From Vicinamibacteria bacterium (GTDB lineage: Bacteria > Acidobacteriota > Vicinamibacteria > Marinacidobacterales > Marinacidobacteraceae), in the NCBI GenBank assembly GCA_963668695.2, contig CAXXLQ010000004.1:3456001-3520000 (forward strand): a stretch of DNA of 64,000 nucleotides, in the 5' to 3' direction. Position 1 is the first letter of the stretch; every line of letters begins with the position of its first letter. The translations under genes were made by a program, and so were the position numbers. A model generated the notes under the pieces. The model saw only the letters and a program-made list of their open reading frames with translations. It was not told the DNA's origin and searched no databases. Below are positions 49,125 to 59,659 of the stretch, in pieces.

Positions 49125-51949
49125 TCAGGGGCGGCGGACGCGCGGAGCCCGCCGGCGTCTGGTCTTCTTCTTGCCGCTGGCGACCAGCGGGGCGCGCACC
49201 CGCTCGTAGAGCATGAAGAGGTGCTCGACCCGCTCCCGCTCGGAGGAGAACTTGCGGGGCCGGTAGAGGCGGTCCACCGCGCGGTCGAGCGCCTGATGCG
49301 CGCGGCGGAGGTTCACCGGCATGAGGTCCGGGTCGTAGAGGTCCGCGAGCGTTGCGTCGGGGTGGGCGGCGCGGGCGTCGAGGACGGCCTGGGCGAGCGG
49401 GTCGAGCGGCGACAGGTCCGCCTCCTTCGGAGGAAGGGGGAAGGTGTTGTAGACCAAGCCGATTGAATATCGGTAGCGACTCTCCAGCCGCCCGCCGATA
49501 TGCCGCAACCACGCCATGTGCATGGCCGAGGTCAGCACGGCGAAATCTGCGAGGGTTGCATTCTCGAGAAAAGCACCAGATTGCTCGGGATGACGGGAGG
49601 CTCCAGCCAACCAATCGGCGCATAGTCGCGACGCTCCGAACTACCTTCGGGAACGACCAGGAAGGGCGCCGATGGCAGAACATTCACGTGGTAACGCGTC
49701 GGGTGTCGCAGCGAGATCGCGTGTTGGTTTGCTCCGGCTCGCCGCTCGCACCGCCTTGACCGCAGAGACCCGTCGGCGGACCTCCGGTAACAGCCGCAGC
49801 GTCTGGGGAGGCGCATCGTGAAGCGCCAGAATCCAGCGATCTCCTCCCTGCAGGAACTCCCGACTCCCAACGTAGGGCCGCAGAAACTGTGCAGCAGCAG
49901 GTTCCCTTGCGAGCAGATCGGCCCGCTCGTCGGCATCGAAGATGTAGTGGCCACCGTCTATCGGCTTGGACCCGATGATCAGCTTCGGCATCCCGTTGAT
50001 CGGCCGGCTCTCCCCCCGCACTACCGAGTGCGGATCGGCCAGCCCCCCGGCGTCGAACAGGTACGGCGACAGCACCGCATGCGGGCTCTCGTGCGGATCC
50101 CCTTTCACGTCCTCGTAGGAAAACAGCCGCCGCACCCCTGGCACCCCCTCCCGGTCATCAAGCCCGATGATGACGACGTGCACGTGCGCCATGCCCCGCG
50201 CGTCGGAGCCCCAGGCGAACGTCCGGTGCGCGTAGGCGATCTCGAGCCCACACCGGCCGAACAGAATCGGCCAGAGCTGCGCCACCTGCTCGCCCTGCGT
50301 GATCGAGTTGGTCGCGACGAAGCCGATCCGCGCGCGTTCCCCCGGCGGACCGCTCTTCCCTGGCTGTACTCGCCCGCCGTGATGAACCAGGCGGTCACGT
50401 AGTCGAGCGTCCCGCCGCTCCCGCCGAGCGCCGCAATCCGTCGCACCTGCGCCCGCTGTTCGGTTGACTGGAACTTGGCGCCCCCGAACGGAGGGTTCCC
50501 GAACACGAAGGAGCAGTCCTCTGCCGGCAGCAGGTCCTCCCAATCCATCTCCAGCGCGTCGGCGCAGCGGATGTGCGGCGACTGCTTGAGCGGGATCCGC
50601 GCGTAGGACTGGCCGAACTCCAGGCTGAGCTCGTTGTTCATCAGGTGGTCCATCATCCAGAGGGCCACCTCGGCGATCCGCGCCGGGAATTCACCGATCT
50701 CGATCCCGTAGAACTGGTTCACATCGAGTCGGGACAGCGACCCCACGTCCAGCCGGCTGGCGACGGCGCCGGTCTCATCGCGCTCGTGTTCCCGGATCAC
50801 CTGGAGTTCCAACCGGCGCAGCTCGCGGTAGGCGATCACCAGGAAGTTCCCGCAGCCGCAGGCCGGATCGAAGAACGTCAGTGTCCCGAGCCGCTCCTGG
50901 AACTCACGGAGCCGGGCTTTCCGCCCCCGCCGGAGCGCCTTGATTCGGGTGAACTCCTCCCACAAGTCGTCGAGGAAGAGCGGCTCGATGACCTTGAGGA
51001 TGTTCTGCTCGGTGGTGTAGTGCGCCCCCTGCGCCCGCCGTTCCGCCGGGGCCATCACCGATTGGAAGAGCGACCCGAAGATCGCCGGCGAGATGCTCGA
51101 CCAGTTGAAACGGCAGGCGGTCAGCAACTGCTCCCGCATTTCCGCATTGAAGTCGGGAATCCAGATCATGTCGGCGAACAGATCGCCGTTCACGTAGGGG
51201 AAGGCGGCGAGGTCCTCGTCGAGGGTGGCAGCACGCTGCCCTTCCGGGGTGTTCAGCACCTGGAAGATGCGCGCGAGCAGCGGCCCGAGGTCGGTCCCGT
51301 CCTCGCGGGTTCTCTCTTCCAGGAAGTCGAGCAGGATGTCCCGCGGCTCGAACACTCCGGTGTCGTCCGCGAAGAGGCAGAACACGATCCGGACCAGAAA
51401 GCGCTCGAGGTCGTGGCGGGGATAGCCGGCGTCCCGGAGCGAGTCGTGGAGCTTCCCGACCAGCTCCGCCGCCTCGATGTTCGCGGGGTCCTGATCGCGG
51501 AACGTCCGGCTCGCGACCCCGAGGATGAAGCCGAACTTCTCGACGTGCTCCGGCAACTGGTCGAGCCGGAAGGCGATCACGTCCCGCTGCAGCAGGTCGT
51601 GGAGTTCGAAGTGCTGGAAGTCGCTGGTCAGGATGTAGCGGGGCTTGTCGTGCTCCGGGAGCGCATCGAAGTAGCCCCCGGCCTGCTCGTAGGCCTTTGC
51701 CAGATCGCGGCCGGCGCTCTTCTGCTCGACGATCAGGACCCCGGGCCAGAAGAGGTCAATGAAGCCGCTCGTGTCATCGAGCTTCTTTACGCGCTCCTCG
51801 TAGCGGGCGACGGACTCCCGGCGCTTCCCGAAGATGCGGAAGAAGTCGTTGTAGAAGCTCTGGGTCTCGCCCTTCTCGTAACCGGCGTCCGCCCACTTCC
51901 TGGCGAAGGACGCGGCGCGGACGCGGATCTCGTTCCAGGAGAGGCGCAT
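49125..51949 (-). CDS. MmeI-like type IIL restriction-modification enzyme; three frameshifts
   Basis: MRLSWNEIR..A..F, FIDLFWPG...EQKS, GAHYT, DPACGCGNFL, GNPPF, TNSITQGEQ, SSERRDY, TLADLYDP. Frameshifts near 50340, 49700 and 49570, all at short homopolymers. Confidence 0.88.
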
Positions 51950-51980
51950 GCGGCGGCGTATTGTTTCAGGCGGCGCGGGT

Positions 51981-52348
51981 TAACAGCCTGTGGTGGAACC
52001 CGGGTGAGCGCCGAGGCCGGCGAGGCGCCCGGCTGACAAGGCGCGTGAGGGAGGAATACCTGGTGTATTTCGACCGAAACGCAACGATGAGCGGCGCGAA
52101 GCGACGCGGTGAACAGCCGGTGGTGGAACCCACGTGAGCGCCGAGGCCGGGGAGGCGCCCGGCTGACAAGGCGCGTGAGGGAGGAATACCGCGTGTATTC
52201 CGACCGAAACGCAACGATGAGCGGCGCGAAGCGACGCGGTTCAGCCGGGATGGATCGCCGGCCGAACGCCGCGTGGGTTTCATCACCGGTTGTTTGGCCG
52301 GGATGGATCGCCGGCCGAACGCCGCCTGGGTTTCACCACAGGCTGTTA
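51981..52348. mobile_element. MITE-like repeat, copy 3 (internally duplicated); no 16-bp modules
   Basis: TAACAGCCTGTGGTGGAACCC...GGGTTTCACCACAGGCTGTTA; a unit of about 130 bp is repeated in tandem. Confidence 0.78.
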
Positions 52349-52474
52349 TCGCTGGGGACGCTCCCCGCTGGCAGGAATGTGCCTCGCGCCGTGCGGACGA
52401 GCGACCCCTCCCTGCGCCACCGCGGGCTGAGGCCGACGGCCAGCAAATCCCGCCGCCCGGCTGGCCGAACGGCC

Positions 52475-52504
52475 TTGACTTACCGGGGTAATGAGAGTCA
52501 CAAT
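52475..52504 (+). promoter_or_regulatory. Putative vapBC promoter with a palindromic operator
   Basis: TTGACT-N18-CACAAT; TTACC-GG-GGTAA inverted repeat at 52480-52491. Confidence 0.55.
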
Positions 52505-52534
52505 GACGCCGAGCGCAACGTCGCAGTCCGGCAC

Positions 52535-52795
52535 ATGGAGAACAGTCGATCCAGGATCACCTCTCAGGGTCAGGTATCCATCCCGGTGCGAATCCGCCGC
52601 AAGCTGGGCCTGACGCCGGGCTCGACGGTCGAGTGGTGCGAGCGGGGACCCGAAGTAGTCGTACGCCGGGCGACAAGATTCTCGTCGCTGGACATTCACC
52701 GAGCAGTCTTCCCGTCACCGCCAGAGCCGAGAACCGTCGAAGAGATGGACGCGGGGATTCGGACCCGTCTGCGACGCCGGCATGCGCGCGCTTGA
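52535..52795 (+). CDS. AbrB/MazE/SpoVT-family antitoxin
   Basis: SRITSQGQVSIPVRIRRKLGLTPGSTVEW. Confidence 0.9.
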   Translation: MENSRSRITSQGQVSIPVRIRRKLGLTPGSTVEWCERGPEVVVRRATRFSSLDIHRAVFPSPPEPRTVEEMDAGIRTRLRRRHARA

Positions 52796-53162
52796 CACGA
52801 ACGTCCTGGTCCGGCTGATCGTGCGGGATGACCCAGATCAGGTGGCCCGCGCCGAGGCGTTCGTGGAGTCCGGGGCCTGGGTTTCCCTGATCGTGCTGGC
52901 TGAGGCCGTATGGGTGCTGCAGTCCGCGTATGAGCTGGACCGCGAGCGCGTCGCCACCGTCGTGAGCATGCTTCTGGACCACGACCGGCTCACGCTCCAG
53001 GACGAAGATGTGGTCCGCCGAGCCCACGAGACCTTCGGGGGCGAGCGCTCGGCCGGATTCTCCGACTGCCTCATTGTCGAAACCGCCCGCAAGGCAGGGC
53101 ACCGTCCCGTCGGGACGTTCGACCGGCGGCTGGCACGGGTGGAGGGAACCGAGCGGCTGTAA
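52782..53162 (+). CDS. vapC: VapC-type PIN-domain toxin
   Basis: ALDTNVLVRLIVRDDPDQ...LAEAVWVL...FSDCLI...TFDRRL. Confidence 0.9.
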   Translation: MRALDTNVLVRLIVRDDPDQVARAEAFVESGAWVSLIVLAEAVWVLQSAYELDRERVATVVSMLLDHDRLTLQDEDVVRRAHETFGGERSAGFSDCLIVETARKAGHRPVGTFDRRLARVEGTERL

Positions 53163-53253
53163 CCCGCTTCGGATCGCTCCCGCGACCCAGCTTCCCCGAT
53201 CGGGCGATGGTCAGCATTGCGCCCATGGGCTGTCGCGCGCGAGGCCGATGCGC

Positions 53254-53535
53254 CTACCGGGACCAATCTCTCATCCCGAACCTCCGCTCGTGCCATCGCT
53301 GGTACTGGCGCTCGTTCTTCCATTTGATCGTGAGCTTCACGTCTTCCCCCCGGATCTTGCGGTCGAACCAACACGTCACCAGGTCACGCGCCATGAACTC
53401 CGCATCTTGCTTGGTGTTTTGGCCGTCGCCAGTGCAGGTGACGTGTGTGTGGCCGTCGGGTGCATTGAGGAACTCGATCTCCCATCCCTCGTAATCCTCC
53501 CTGGTCCAGGTTGCTACTGCGCGATATCGCTTCAT
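53254..53535 (-). CDS. Hypothetical protein, possibly HicB-like
   Basis: AGGAG RBS; YRAVATW..E...WEIEF...DAEFMARDLVTCW resembles the HicB N-terminal fold. Confidence 0.45.
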   Translation of the reverse strand: MKRYRAVATWTREDYEGWEIEFLNAPDGHTHVTCTGDGQNTKQDAEFMARDLVTCWFDRKIRGEDVKLTIKWKNERQYQRWHERRFGMRDWSR

Positions 53536-53719
53536 GGCCCTGCTCCTTTCTTCCAATCCTGTGCAAGAGGCGGAGGATAGGGAGGTAATGGGACATTTCC
53601 TGTCATGCGTGGTTCCGTCCTTGAAGGAGGGCGGCGATGCGTCGCCCGCGGCGCTGCGCGCCGCGATGCCGGCCGGAGGTCGCGTTCCCTGGCCTGTGCA
53701 TCGCGCGAGGCCCAGCAGC

Positions 53720-53794
53720 GACACGCGTTTCGCGGCCCTGGGGGCCGCGGTGCCGGTCTGAAGGCCCCCACCGGGAGAACTGGCCGGCGTTCCC
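53720..53794 (-). repeat. REP-like element (GGGAACGCCGG family) carrying the 16-bp module
   Basis: Reverse complement matches 33653-33716. Confidence 0.72.
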
Positions 53795-53850
53795 TGCCCT
53801 ACGCGCCATGGTGCCGGCCGGCGGCCGGCGGTCCCGGCCCAGCCGGGCCG

Positions 53851-54570
53851 TCAGTCCGTGGGGAGTTCGTCCTTCAGGGCGGCGTTCGCGATGCGGGTGA
53901 CACGGCGGATCAGGTAGAAGGTGGCGAGGAGTCCGAGGATGGTGAGCGCCGCGGACCAGGAAAAGCTCTCCGTAGCGAGGGTTGCGCCGGCCCTGGCCGC
54001 GGCCCCCAAATGGGCAAAGAAGCAGGCTCCCACCGGGGCCGCGAGGAAGGAACCAAGCGCGTAGTTCCGGAAGCGCACCGGGGTCGTCGCCCAGCCGAAG
54101 TTCTGGAACGCGAAGGGGAAAAGCGGCGAGAGCCGGGTGAGGCACACCGTGCGGACACCGGCGTCGCCGAGCGCGGCAAGGATCCGGCTCACCGACCGGA
54201 ACCGTCCGAGCCATGGCGCAAGCCACCGCCGGAGAAACAGCCTCCCGACCGCGAAGGCGGCGAGCGAACCGAGGAACGTCCCCAGGGTGGCATAGACCAT
54301 CCCCGGCCCCAGGCCGAACAAGAATCCGGCGGCGAGACAAAAGACCGTGTTCGGCAGCGCGAACGCGACCAGGAGCACGTGCACGAGAACCAGCGCCACC
54401 GGACTCGTCGGGATCCACTCCGGCGGCAGGAACGGCTCGTCTCCTGCCCCGCCGAAGAGCAGCGGCAGCAGCAGGACGTTCAGAACGAACAGGATCCAGA
54501 GCGCCGGCTGCCAGAAGCGCCGAACCAGCCCTCGGACCCCCTTCTCCCCGGAATCGGGGTCAGAGGTCAA
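53851..54570 (-). CDS. TVP38/TMEM64 (DedA/VTT domain) membrane protein
   Basis: LAAGFLFG...GTFLGSLAAFAVGR...LTRLSPLFPFAFQN; TTG start overlaps the mmsA stop. Confidence 0.85.
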   Translation of the reverse strand: MTSDPDSGEKGVRGLVRRFWQPALWILFVLNVLLLPLLFGGAGDEPFLPPEWIPTSPVALVLVHVLLVAFALPNTVFCLAAGFLFGLGPGMVYATLGTFLGSLAAFAVGRLFLRRWLAPWLGRFRSVSRILAALGDAGVRTVCLTRLSPLFPFAFQNFGWATTPVRFRNYALGSFLAAPVGACFFAHLGAAARAGATLATESFSWSAALTILGLLATFYLIRRVTRIANAALKDELPTD

Positions 54571-56048
54571 AAGCGCTTCGAGGCGTCCCGGGGCCAGCGC
54601 TCCACGACGACTTTCGTCTGAGTGTAGAACTCGATCGCGTGCGCGCCCTGCGCGTGCAGGTCTCCGAAGAAGCTGCCGCGCCAGCCGCTGAAGGGGAAAT
54701 ATGCCATCGGGGCGGCCACTCCGACGTTGATCCCCACGTTCCCGGTGAGAACCTCGTGGCGGAAGCGGCGGGCGGCGCGGCCGTCGTTCGTGAAGAGGCA
54801 CGCCATGTTGCCGAACTCGCCGCCGTTCACGAAGGCGACCGCGTCCTCGATGGAGTCCACCCGGATGATGCCGAGCACCGGCCCGAAGATCTCGGTGCGG
54901 GCGATCTCTCCCTCGGCCGGTAGTCCGTCCAGCACCGTCGGACGCACGAAGAAGCCGTCCTCGAGACCCGGGACCCGGGCTCCCCGGCCGTCCACCACCG
55001 CCCGGGCGTCCTCCCGATCCACGGCCTGACCGATCAGCCCTTCGATGCGCTCGCGGCTCTCCTCCCGGATCACCGGACCCATGTCCACCGCCTCGTCGAG
55101 CCCGGAACCCACCACCCGGCTCTCGGCGGCGGCGCTCACCAGGTCCCGGAAGGGTTCATGGGCGCCGCCCACGGTGATCGCCAAAGACGCGGCCAGACAC
55201 CGCTGACCCGCGCACCCGAAGGCGCTCTCGGCGACCGTCCCGACCGCCGCCTCGATGTCGGCGTCTTCGAGCACCACCACCGGGTTCTTGGCCCCGCCCT
55301 GGCATTGGACGCGTTTCCCGTTGCCGGCAGCCTGCGCGTAGACGGCCCGGGCCACCGGAGAAGAGCCGACGAAACTCACCGCGGCGACGTCCGGATGCTC
55401 CAGCAGCGCGGAGACCGCCTCCCGCCCGCCGTGGATGACCTGCACCACCCCAGGGGGGAATCCCGCCTCCGTGAGGAGCTGCGTCACCCACTGCATCGTG
55501 AGCGGCGTCTTCTCGGAAGGCTTCATGACCACCGTGTTGCCGCAGGCGAGCGCGTAGGGCAGAAACCAGAACGGGATCATCGCGGGGAAGTTGAAGGGCG
55601 CGATCACCGCCACCACCCCGACCGGCTGGCGGATCATGAACTCGTCGATCCCGCGGGCGATGTCCTCCAGCACCCGGCCCTGCATCAGCGAGGGGATCCC
55701 GCAGGCCACCTCCACGTTTTCAATGGCCCGCCGCAACTCGCCGCGGGACTCGGCCAGCGTCTTGCCGCACTCGGTGGTCACGACTCTCGAGATTTCCTCG
55801 AAATCGCGCTCGAGGAGGGCCTTCAATCGGAAAAGCGGCTGCACCCGGTCGCCGGGCGGCGTCTCCCGCCACTCGCGAAGCGCGTCCCGGGCGCTCGCCA
55901 CCGCGCGGCCCACATCCTTGGGTCCGGACAGCGGAATCCGGAACAGGATCTCCCCGGTCGCGGGGTTGAGAACCGGCAGGGTCTCGGAGGCCGACGGCGC
56001 GAGATAGCTACCGCCGATAAAGTTGGGCAGGGTCGCGGTTTCGGCCAT
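54567..56048 (-). CDS. mmsA: CoA-acylating methylmalonate-semialdehyde dehydrogenase
   Basis: PFNFPAMIPFW, KPSEK, FVGSS, GGAKN, AFGCAGQRCLA, EIFGPV. Confidence 0.92.
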   Translation of the reverse strand: MAETATLPNFIGGSYLAPSASETLPVLNPATGEILFRIPLSGPKDVGRAVASARDALREWRETPPGDRVQPLFRLKALLERDFEEISRVVTTECGKTLAESRGELRRAIENVEVACGIPSLMQGRVLEDIARGIDEFMIRQPVGVVAVIAPFNFPAMIPFWFLPYALACGNTVVMKPSEKTPLTMQWVTQLLTEAGFPPGVVQVIHGGREAVSALLEHPDVAAVSFVGSSPVARAVYAQAAGNGKRVQCQGGAKNPVVVLEDADIEAAVGTVAESAFGCAGQRCLAASLAITVGGAHEPFRDLVSAAAESRVVGSGLDEAVDMGPVIREESRERIEGLIGQAVDREDARAVVDGRGARVPGLEDGFFVRPTVLDGLPAEGEIARTEIFGPVLGIIRVDSIEDAVAFVNGGEFGNMACLFTNDGRAARRFRHEVLTGNVGINVGVAAPMAYFPFSGWRGSFFGDLHAQGAHAIEFYTQTKVVVERWPRDASKRF

Positions 56049-56078
56049 GTTCGTTCGCGCGTAGGATACGCGCGCGAC

Positions 56079-58421
56079 ATGCTGTGTTTCCCTGTGAATT
56101 CCGGGGGCTTCAGGCGTTTTCGTCTGGCGCTCCTGCCCGGCTGCCTGCTCCTCGCGCCCTTGGCTGCGGGAACCCCCACCCCGCCGAATGAAGGAGCGGT
56201 CCAGGCGCTCGCCGAGGGCATGGAAGGCCCCGTGGTGGACGGGCTGGTGACCGACGAACAGTGGTCTTCGGTCGAACCGTTTACCGACTTCATCCAGCAG
56301 GAACCGGACAACGGGGCCCCGGCCACCGAGCGGACGGAAGTCCGCCTGCTCCTCTCCGAGACCACGCTCTACGTGGGAATCGTCGCCTTCGACAGCGAGC
56401 CCGAACGGGTGCTCGTCTCGGAGAGCCGCCGGGACGGCGACCTCAACGAATCCGACTCCGTCCAGATCGTCCTCGACACCTTCAACGACAGCCAGAACGC
56501 CTTCCTCTTCGGCACGAATCCGGAGGGGATCGAGTACGACGGCCAGATCGCCGGCGAGGGGGCAATCGGCGGTTACAACCCCACCCCCGGCCGGCGGGGC
56601 TCGCAGCGCGGCGGCATCACCGGATTCAACGCCAACTGGGACGGCGACTGGACGGTGCGCTCGCAGCGGAGCGACCGCGGCTGGGAGAGCGAGTTCGCGA
56701 TTCCGCTCCGGACGCTCCGCTACCAGCCCGGGCGGAACCAGACCTGGGGCCTGAACGTGATGCGGAACATCCGCCGCAAGAACGAGCAAGCGTTCCTCGC
56801 CCCCATTCCCCGCGGCTACAACATCTACCGGGTCTCACTGGCGCAGAAGGTCACCGGGCTCAACCTGCCGTCACGGCGGGACATCAAGGTCACCCCGTTC
56901 GCGCTCGGCGAAGCGAGCCGGAACCCGCTCGCGGTCCGCTCCGAGAACCGCGAAACCGAAGGCCTCGACATCGGGCTCGACGTGAAGTGGGGCGTCACCC
57001 CGAACCTCACCGTGGATCTGACCGCGAACACCGACTTCGCCCAGGTGGAGGCGGACGACCAGCAGGTCAACCTGACCCGCTTCCCGCTCTTCTTCCCCGA
57101 AAAGCGGCCCTTCTTCCTCGAAAACGCCTCCACCTTCCAGTTCGGGGCGCCCCAGGAGGTGGACCTCTTCTTCAGCCGCCGGATCGGCCTGAACGCCGGA
57201 CAGCCGGTGGGGATCGTCGGCGGCGCCCGGCTCTCCGGGAAGGTGGGTTCGACGAACATCGGCCTCATGAACATGCAGACCGACGCGGCCTTCAATCGCG
57301 AGACCGGCGCCCTGGCGCTCGCGGCCAACAACGTCATGGTGGCGCGGGTCCAGCGCGAGTTCGGACGGTCCAACATCGGCGGCATCCTGGTCAACCGGCA
57401 GGCCACCGGCGAGTGGGCGGAGCAGGGCGACCACAACCGTGCCTTCGGCGCCGACGCGGCGATCCAGATCGGGGAGCGCGCCCGGTTCTTCACCTTCCTG
57501 GCCAAGACCGCTTCCGCGAACGGGGAGACGGACGGCAGCGCCGGCCGAACGATGGCGGGCAGGGTCTTCCTCAACTATGCCCATCGGGTCCATCAGGGCC
57601 ACATCGGCTTCACCCAGGTGGGAGAGGATTTCAATCCCGAGGTCGGTTTCGTTCCGCGCCGCGGTTTCCGCAAGTACCAGGCGCGCTACTTCTTCGACTG
57701 GCAGCCCACCCAGATCTCCGCCCTTTCCTGGGTTCGCCGCTTTTCGCCGCACGTGACCTGGAACGCCTACTACGGTTTCGACGGCGAGGTCGAGTCGGGA
57801 CGCGGCCACTGGCATCCAATCGAGTTCCAGCCGAATGTGGGGGGCCGCTTCGGGCTGTTCATCGATCGCCACCGGGACCGGCCGCTTCGCGATTTCACCG
57901 TGTACTCCGGGGTGGACGGGAACCGGGTGATGATCCCGCCGGGGCTCTACAACTGGACGCAGGTGAGCGTGAACTGGATCGGGAATGCCAGCGCCCGGCT
58001 CTACCCGACGATCTACTGCCGCACCGGGAGCTTCTACGACGGCACCCGCCGGGGCTGCAACGGCAGCATCAATGGGCGCATCGGGGCCACCTTCCAGGCG
58101 AGCGTCGGTTTTAATCGGGACGTCGTGGAACTGCCGGGAGGCAACTTCACGAGTGACCTGATCCCGATCCGGGTGAACTACTCGTTCACCCCGCTGCGCC
58201 GGCTGGAAGCGCTGATCCAGTACAACAGCCAGACCGCCTCGGTCTCCTCAAACATCCGGCTGGTCATGCTCAACCGGAGCGGAACCGGACTCTTCCTCGT
58301 CTACAACGACCTGCGCAACACCGCCAACTTCGACCGCTTCGACGACGAGACCGGGTTCCTGGTGCCCAACGTGCTGGGCCGGTCGCTCATCATCAAGTAC
58401 ACGCGCCTCTTCGACTTCTAG
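56079..58421 (+). CDS. CBM9-like plus DUF5916 outer-membrane protein
   Basis: PVVDG...W, GWESEFAIPLRTLRY, NTDFAQVEAD, LFFPEKRPFFLE, LFFSRRIG; aromatic C-terminus. Confidence 0.88.
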   Translation: MLCFPVNSGGFRRFRLALLPGCLLLAPLAAGTPTPPNEGAVQALAEGMEGPVVDGLVTDEQWSSVEPFTDFIQQEPDNGAPATERTEVRLLLSETTLYVGIVAFDSEPERVLVSESRRDGDLNESDSVQIVLDTFNDSQNAFLFGTNPEGIEYDGQIAGEGAIGGYNPTPGRRGSQRGGITGFNANWDGDWTVRSQRSDRGWESEFAIPLRTLRYQPGRNQTWGLNVMRNIRRKNEQAFLAPIPRGYNIYRVSLAQKVTGLNLPSRRDIKVTPFALGEASRNPLAVRSENRETEGLDIGLDVKWGVTPNLTVDLTANTDFAQVEADDQQVNLTRFPLFFPEKRPFFLENASTFQFGAPQEVDLFFSRRIGLNAGQPVGIVGGARLSGKVGSTNIGLMNMQTDAAFNRETGALALAANNVMVARVQREFGRSNIGGILVNRQATGEWAEQGDHNRAFGADAAIQIGERARFFTFLAKTASANGETDGSAGRTMAGRVFLNYAHRVHQGHIGFTQVGEDFNPEVGFVPRRGFRKYQARYFFDWQPTQISALSWVRRFSPHVTWNAYYGFDGEVESGRGHWHPIEFQPNVGGRFGLFIDRHRDRPLRDFTVYSGVDGNRVMIPPGLYNWTQVSVNWIGNASARLYPTIYCRTGSFYDGTRRGCNGSINGRIGATFQASVGFNRDVVELPGGNFTSDLIPIRVNYSFTPLRRLEALIQYNSQTASVSSNIRLVMLNRSGTGLFLVYNDLRNTANFDRFDDETGFLVPNVLGRSLIIKYTRLFDF

Positions 58422-58658
58422 GCGCCTGTGGTGGAACCCGGGTGAGCGCCGAGAGCGGCCAGTTCTCCCGGTGGGGGCGAGGCGCCTGCCTGACAAGGCG
58501 CGTGAGGAAGGAATACCGAGTGTATTCCGACCGAAACGCAACGCGGAGCGCCGCAAAGCGCCAGTTCTCCCGGTGGGGGGGCGGTTCAGGCGGGATGGAT
58601 CGCCGCTCGAGCCCCCACCGGGAGAACTGGGCCGCTTGGGTTTCACCACCGGCTGCTA
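58419..58658. mobile_element. MITE-like repeat, copy 4; three 16-bp modules
   Basis: Same TIRs; the left TA is part of the TAG stop of the DUF5916 gene. Confidence 0.75.
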
Positions 58659-58672
58659 GGCGCCGCGGGTCT

Positions 58673-59659
58673 TCACCGCGGCACACCGGGCCACAGCACT
58701 TCGGTCCGGTGGATCGCCTCCCCTACATCGGTCTCCACCAGAATGGTGTGTTGCCCCGGCTCAAAACCCGGCGGTGGGCGGAAGCGCAAGGATAGGCGTG
58801 CGGCGATCGCGCTCCCAAGCGCCGCGATCTCCCGCTGGATGGCTTCGGGGTCGCCGTTCGTCGAGATGACTCCCCCGCCGGTCGCGTTTCCGAGATCGAC
58901 AAGGCCCTGGAAGGGGTTCACACTCCGCATGCCCCCAAGGTCGAGTTCTTCGACCTGCACGAAGCGCCCCTCGTAGTGCCAACGGAGCGCGAAACCGTCG
59001 TCATTGACGAGGTCGTATGCGCCGCGCAGTCGGCCTCCCCCCCGTGCCGCCGCCGGAGCGGTAACGGCGAGCACCATCGGAGCGATGCCGCGGGTCGCGA
59101 TCAGTGGCCACACCTCGTCAGTCCAGCTTGCCCCGTCCTGCCCGTCGGTAAACAGGACAAGAACGGGACGGCCCGCAGCATCCGCCAACAGACCGAGAGC
59201 CACCATCAAAGCGTTGTTCAGGGCTGCCGGACCACCGCTGACCAGTTTGGAGACTGCCTCCGCCGCCTCGGTGCAGGTGCCGTCCCATCCCGCATGCTGG
59301 ATGACGGTTCTCGTGAAGGCGATCACCGCGCAGCGGTCCTTGTCACCGAGCCCCGAAAGGAACTCTTGGAACCCGGTGATGACAGCCTCCAGCCGGTCGC
59401 CCGAGACGGAACTGCTGAGATCCAGCACCGCCGCAACCGCGAGCGGCTCGTCGGGGGACCACTCGAAGGACGCCGACTCGCCGTCCACCAGGAGTCGGAG
59501 CGGCCGCGGATCGTGAAGCGACATGACCTCGCCGTCCCGATGTGCGTAGACCTCGATCCTCACTTCGTCCCCGGCCCCGAACACCTCCTGCGCTCCGACC
59601 GCTATCGGGAACGCCAGGAGTACGGCACCGAGCGCGATCGAGCGTCCGGAGCGCCTCAA
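58673..59659 (-). CDS. VWA-domain protein (acidobacterial type)
   Basis: VLDLSSS MIDAS motif, LVLFTDGQD, ATGG. Confidence 0.82.
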   Translation of the reverse strand: MRRSGRSIALGAVLLAFPIAVGAQEVFGAGDEVRIEVYAHRDGEVMSLHDPRPLRLLVDGESASFEWSPDEPLAVAAVLDLSSSVSGDRLEAVITGFQEFLSGLGDKDRCAVIAFTRTVIQHAGWDGTCTEAAEAVSKLVSGGPAALNNALMVALGLLADAAGRPVLVLFTDGQDGASWTDEVWPLIATRGIAPMVLAVTAPAAARGGGRLRGAYDLVNDDGFALRWHYEGRFVQVEELDLGGMRSVNPFQGLVDLGNATGGGVISTNGDPEAIQREIAALGSAIAARLSLRFRPPPGFEPGQHTILVETDVGEAIHRTEVLWPGVPR

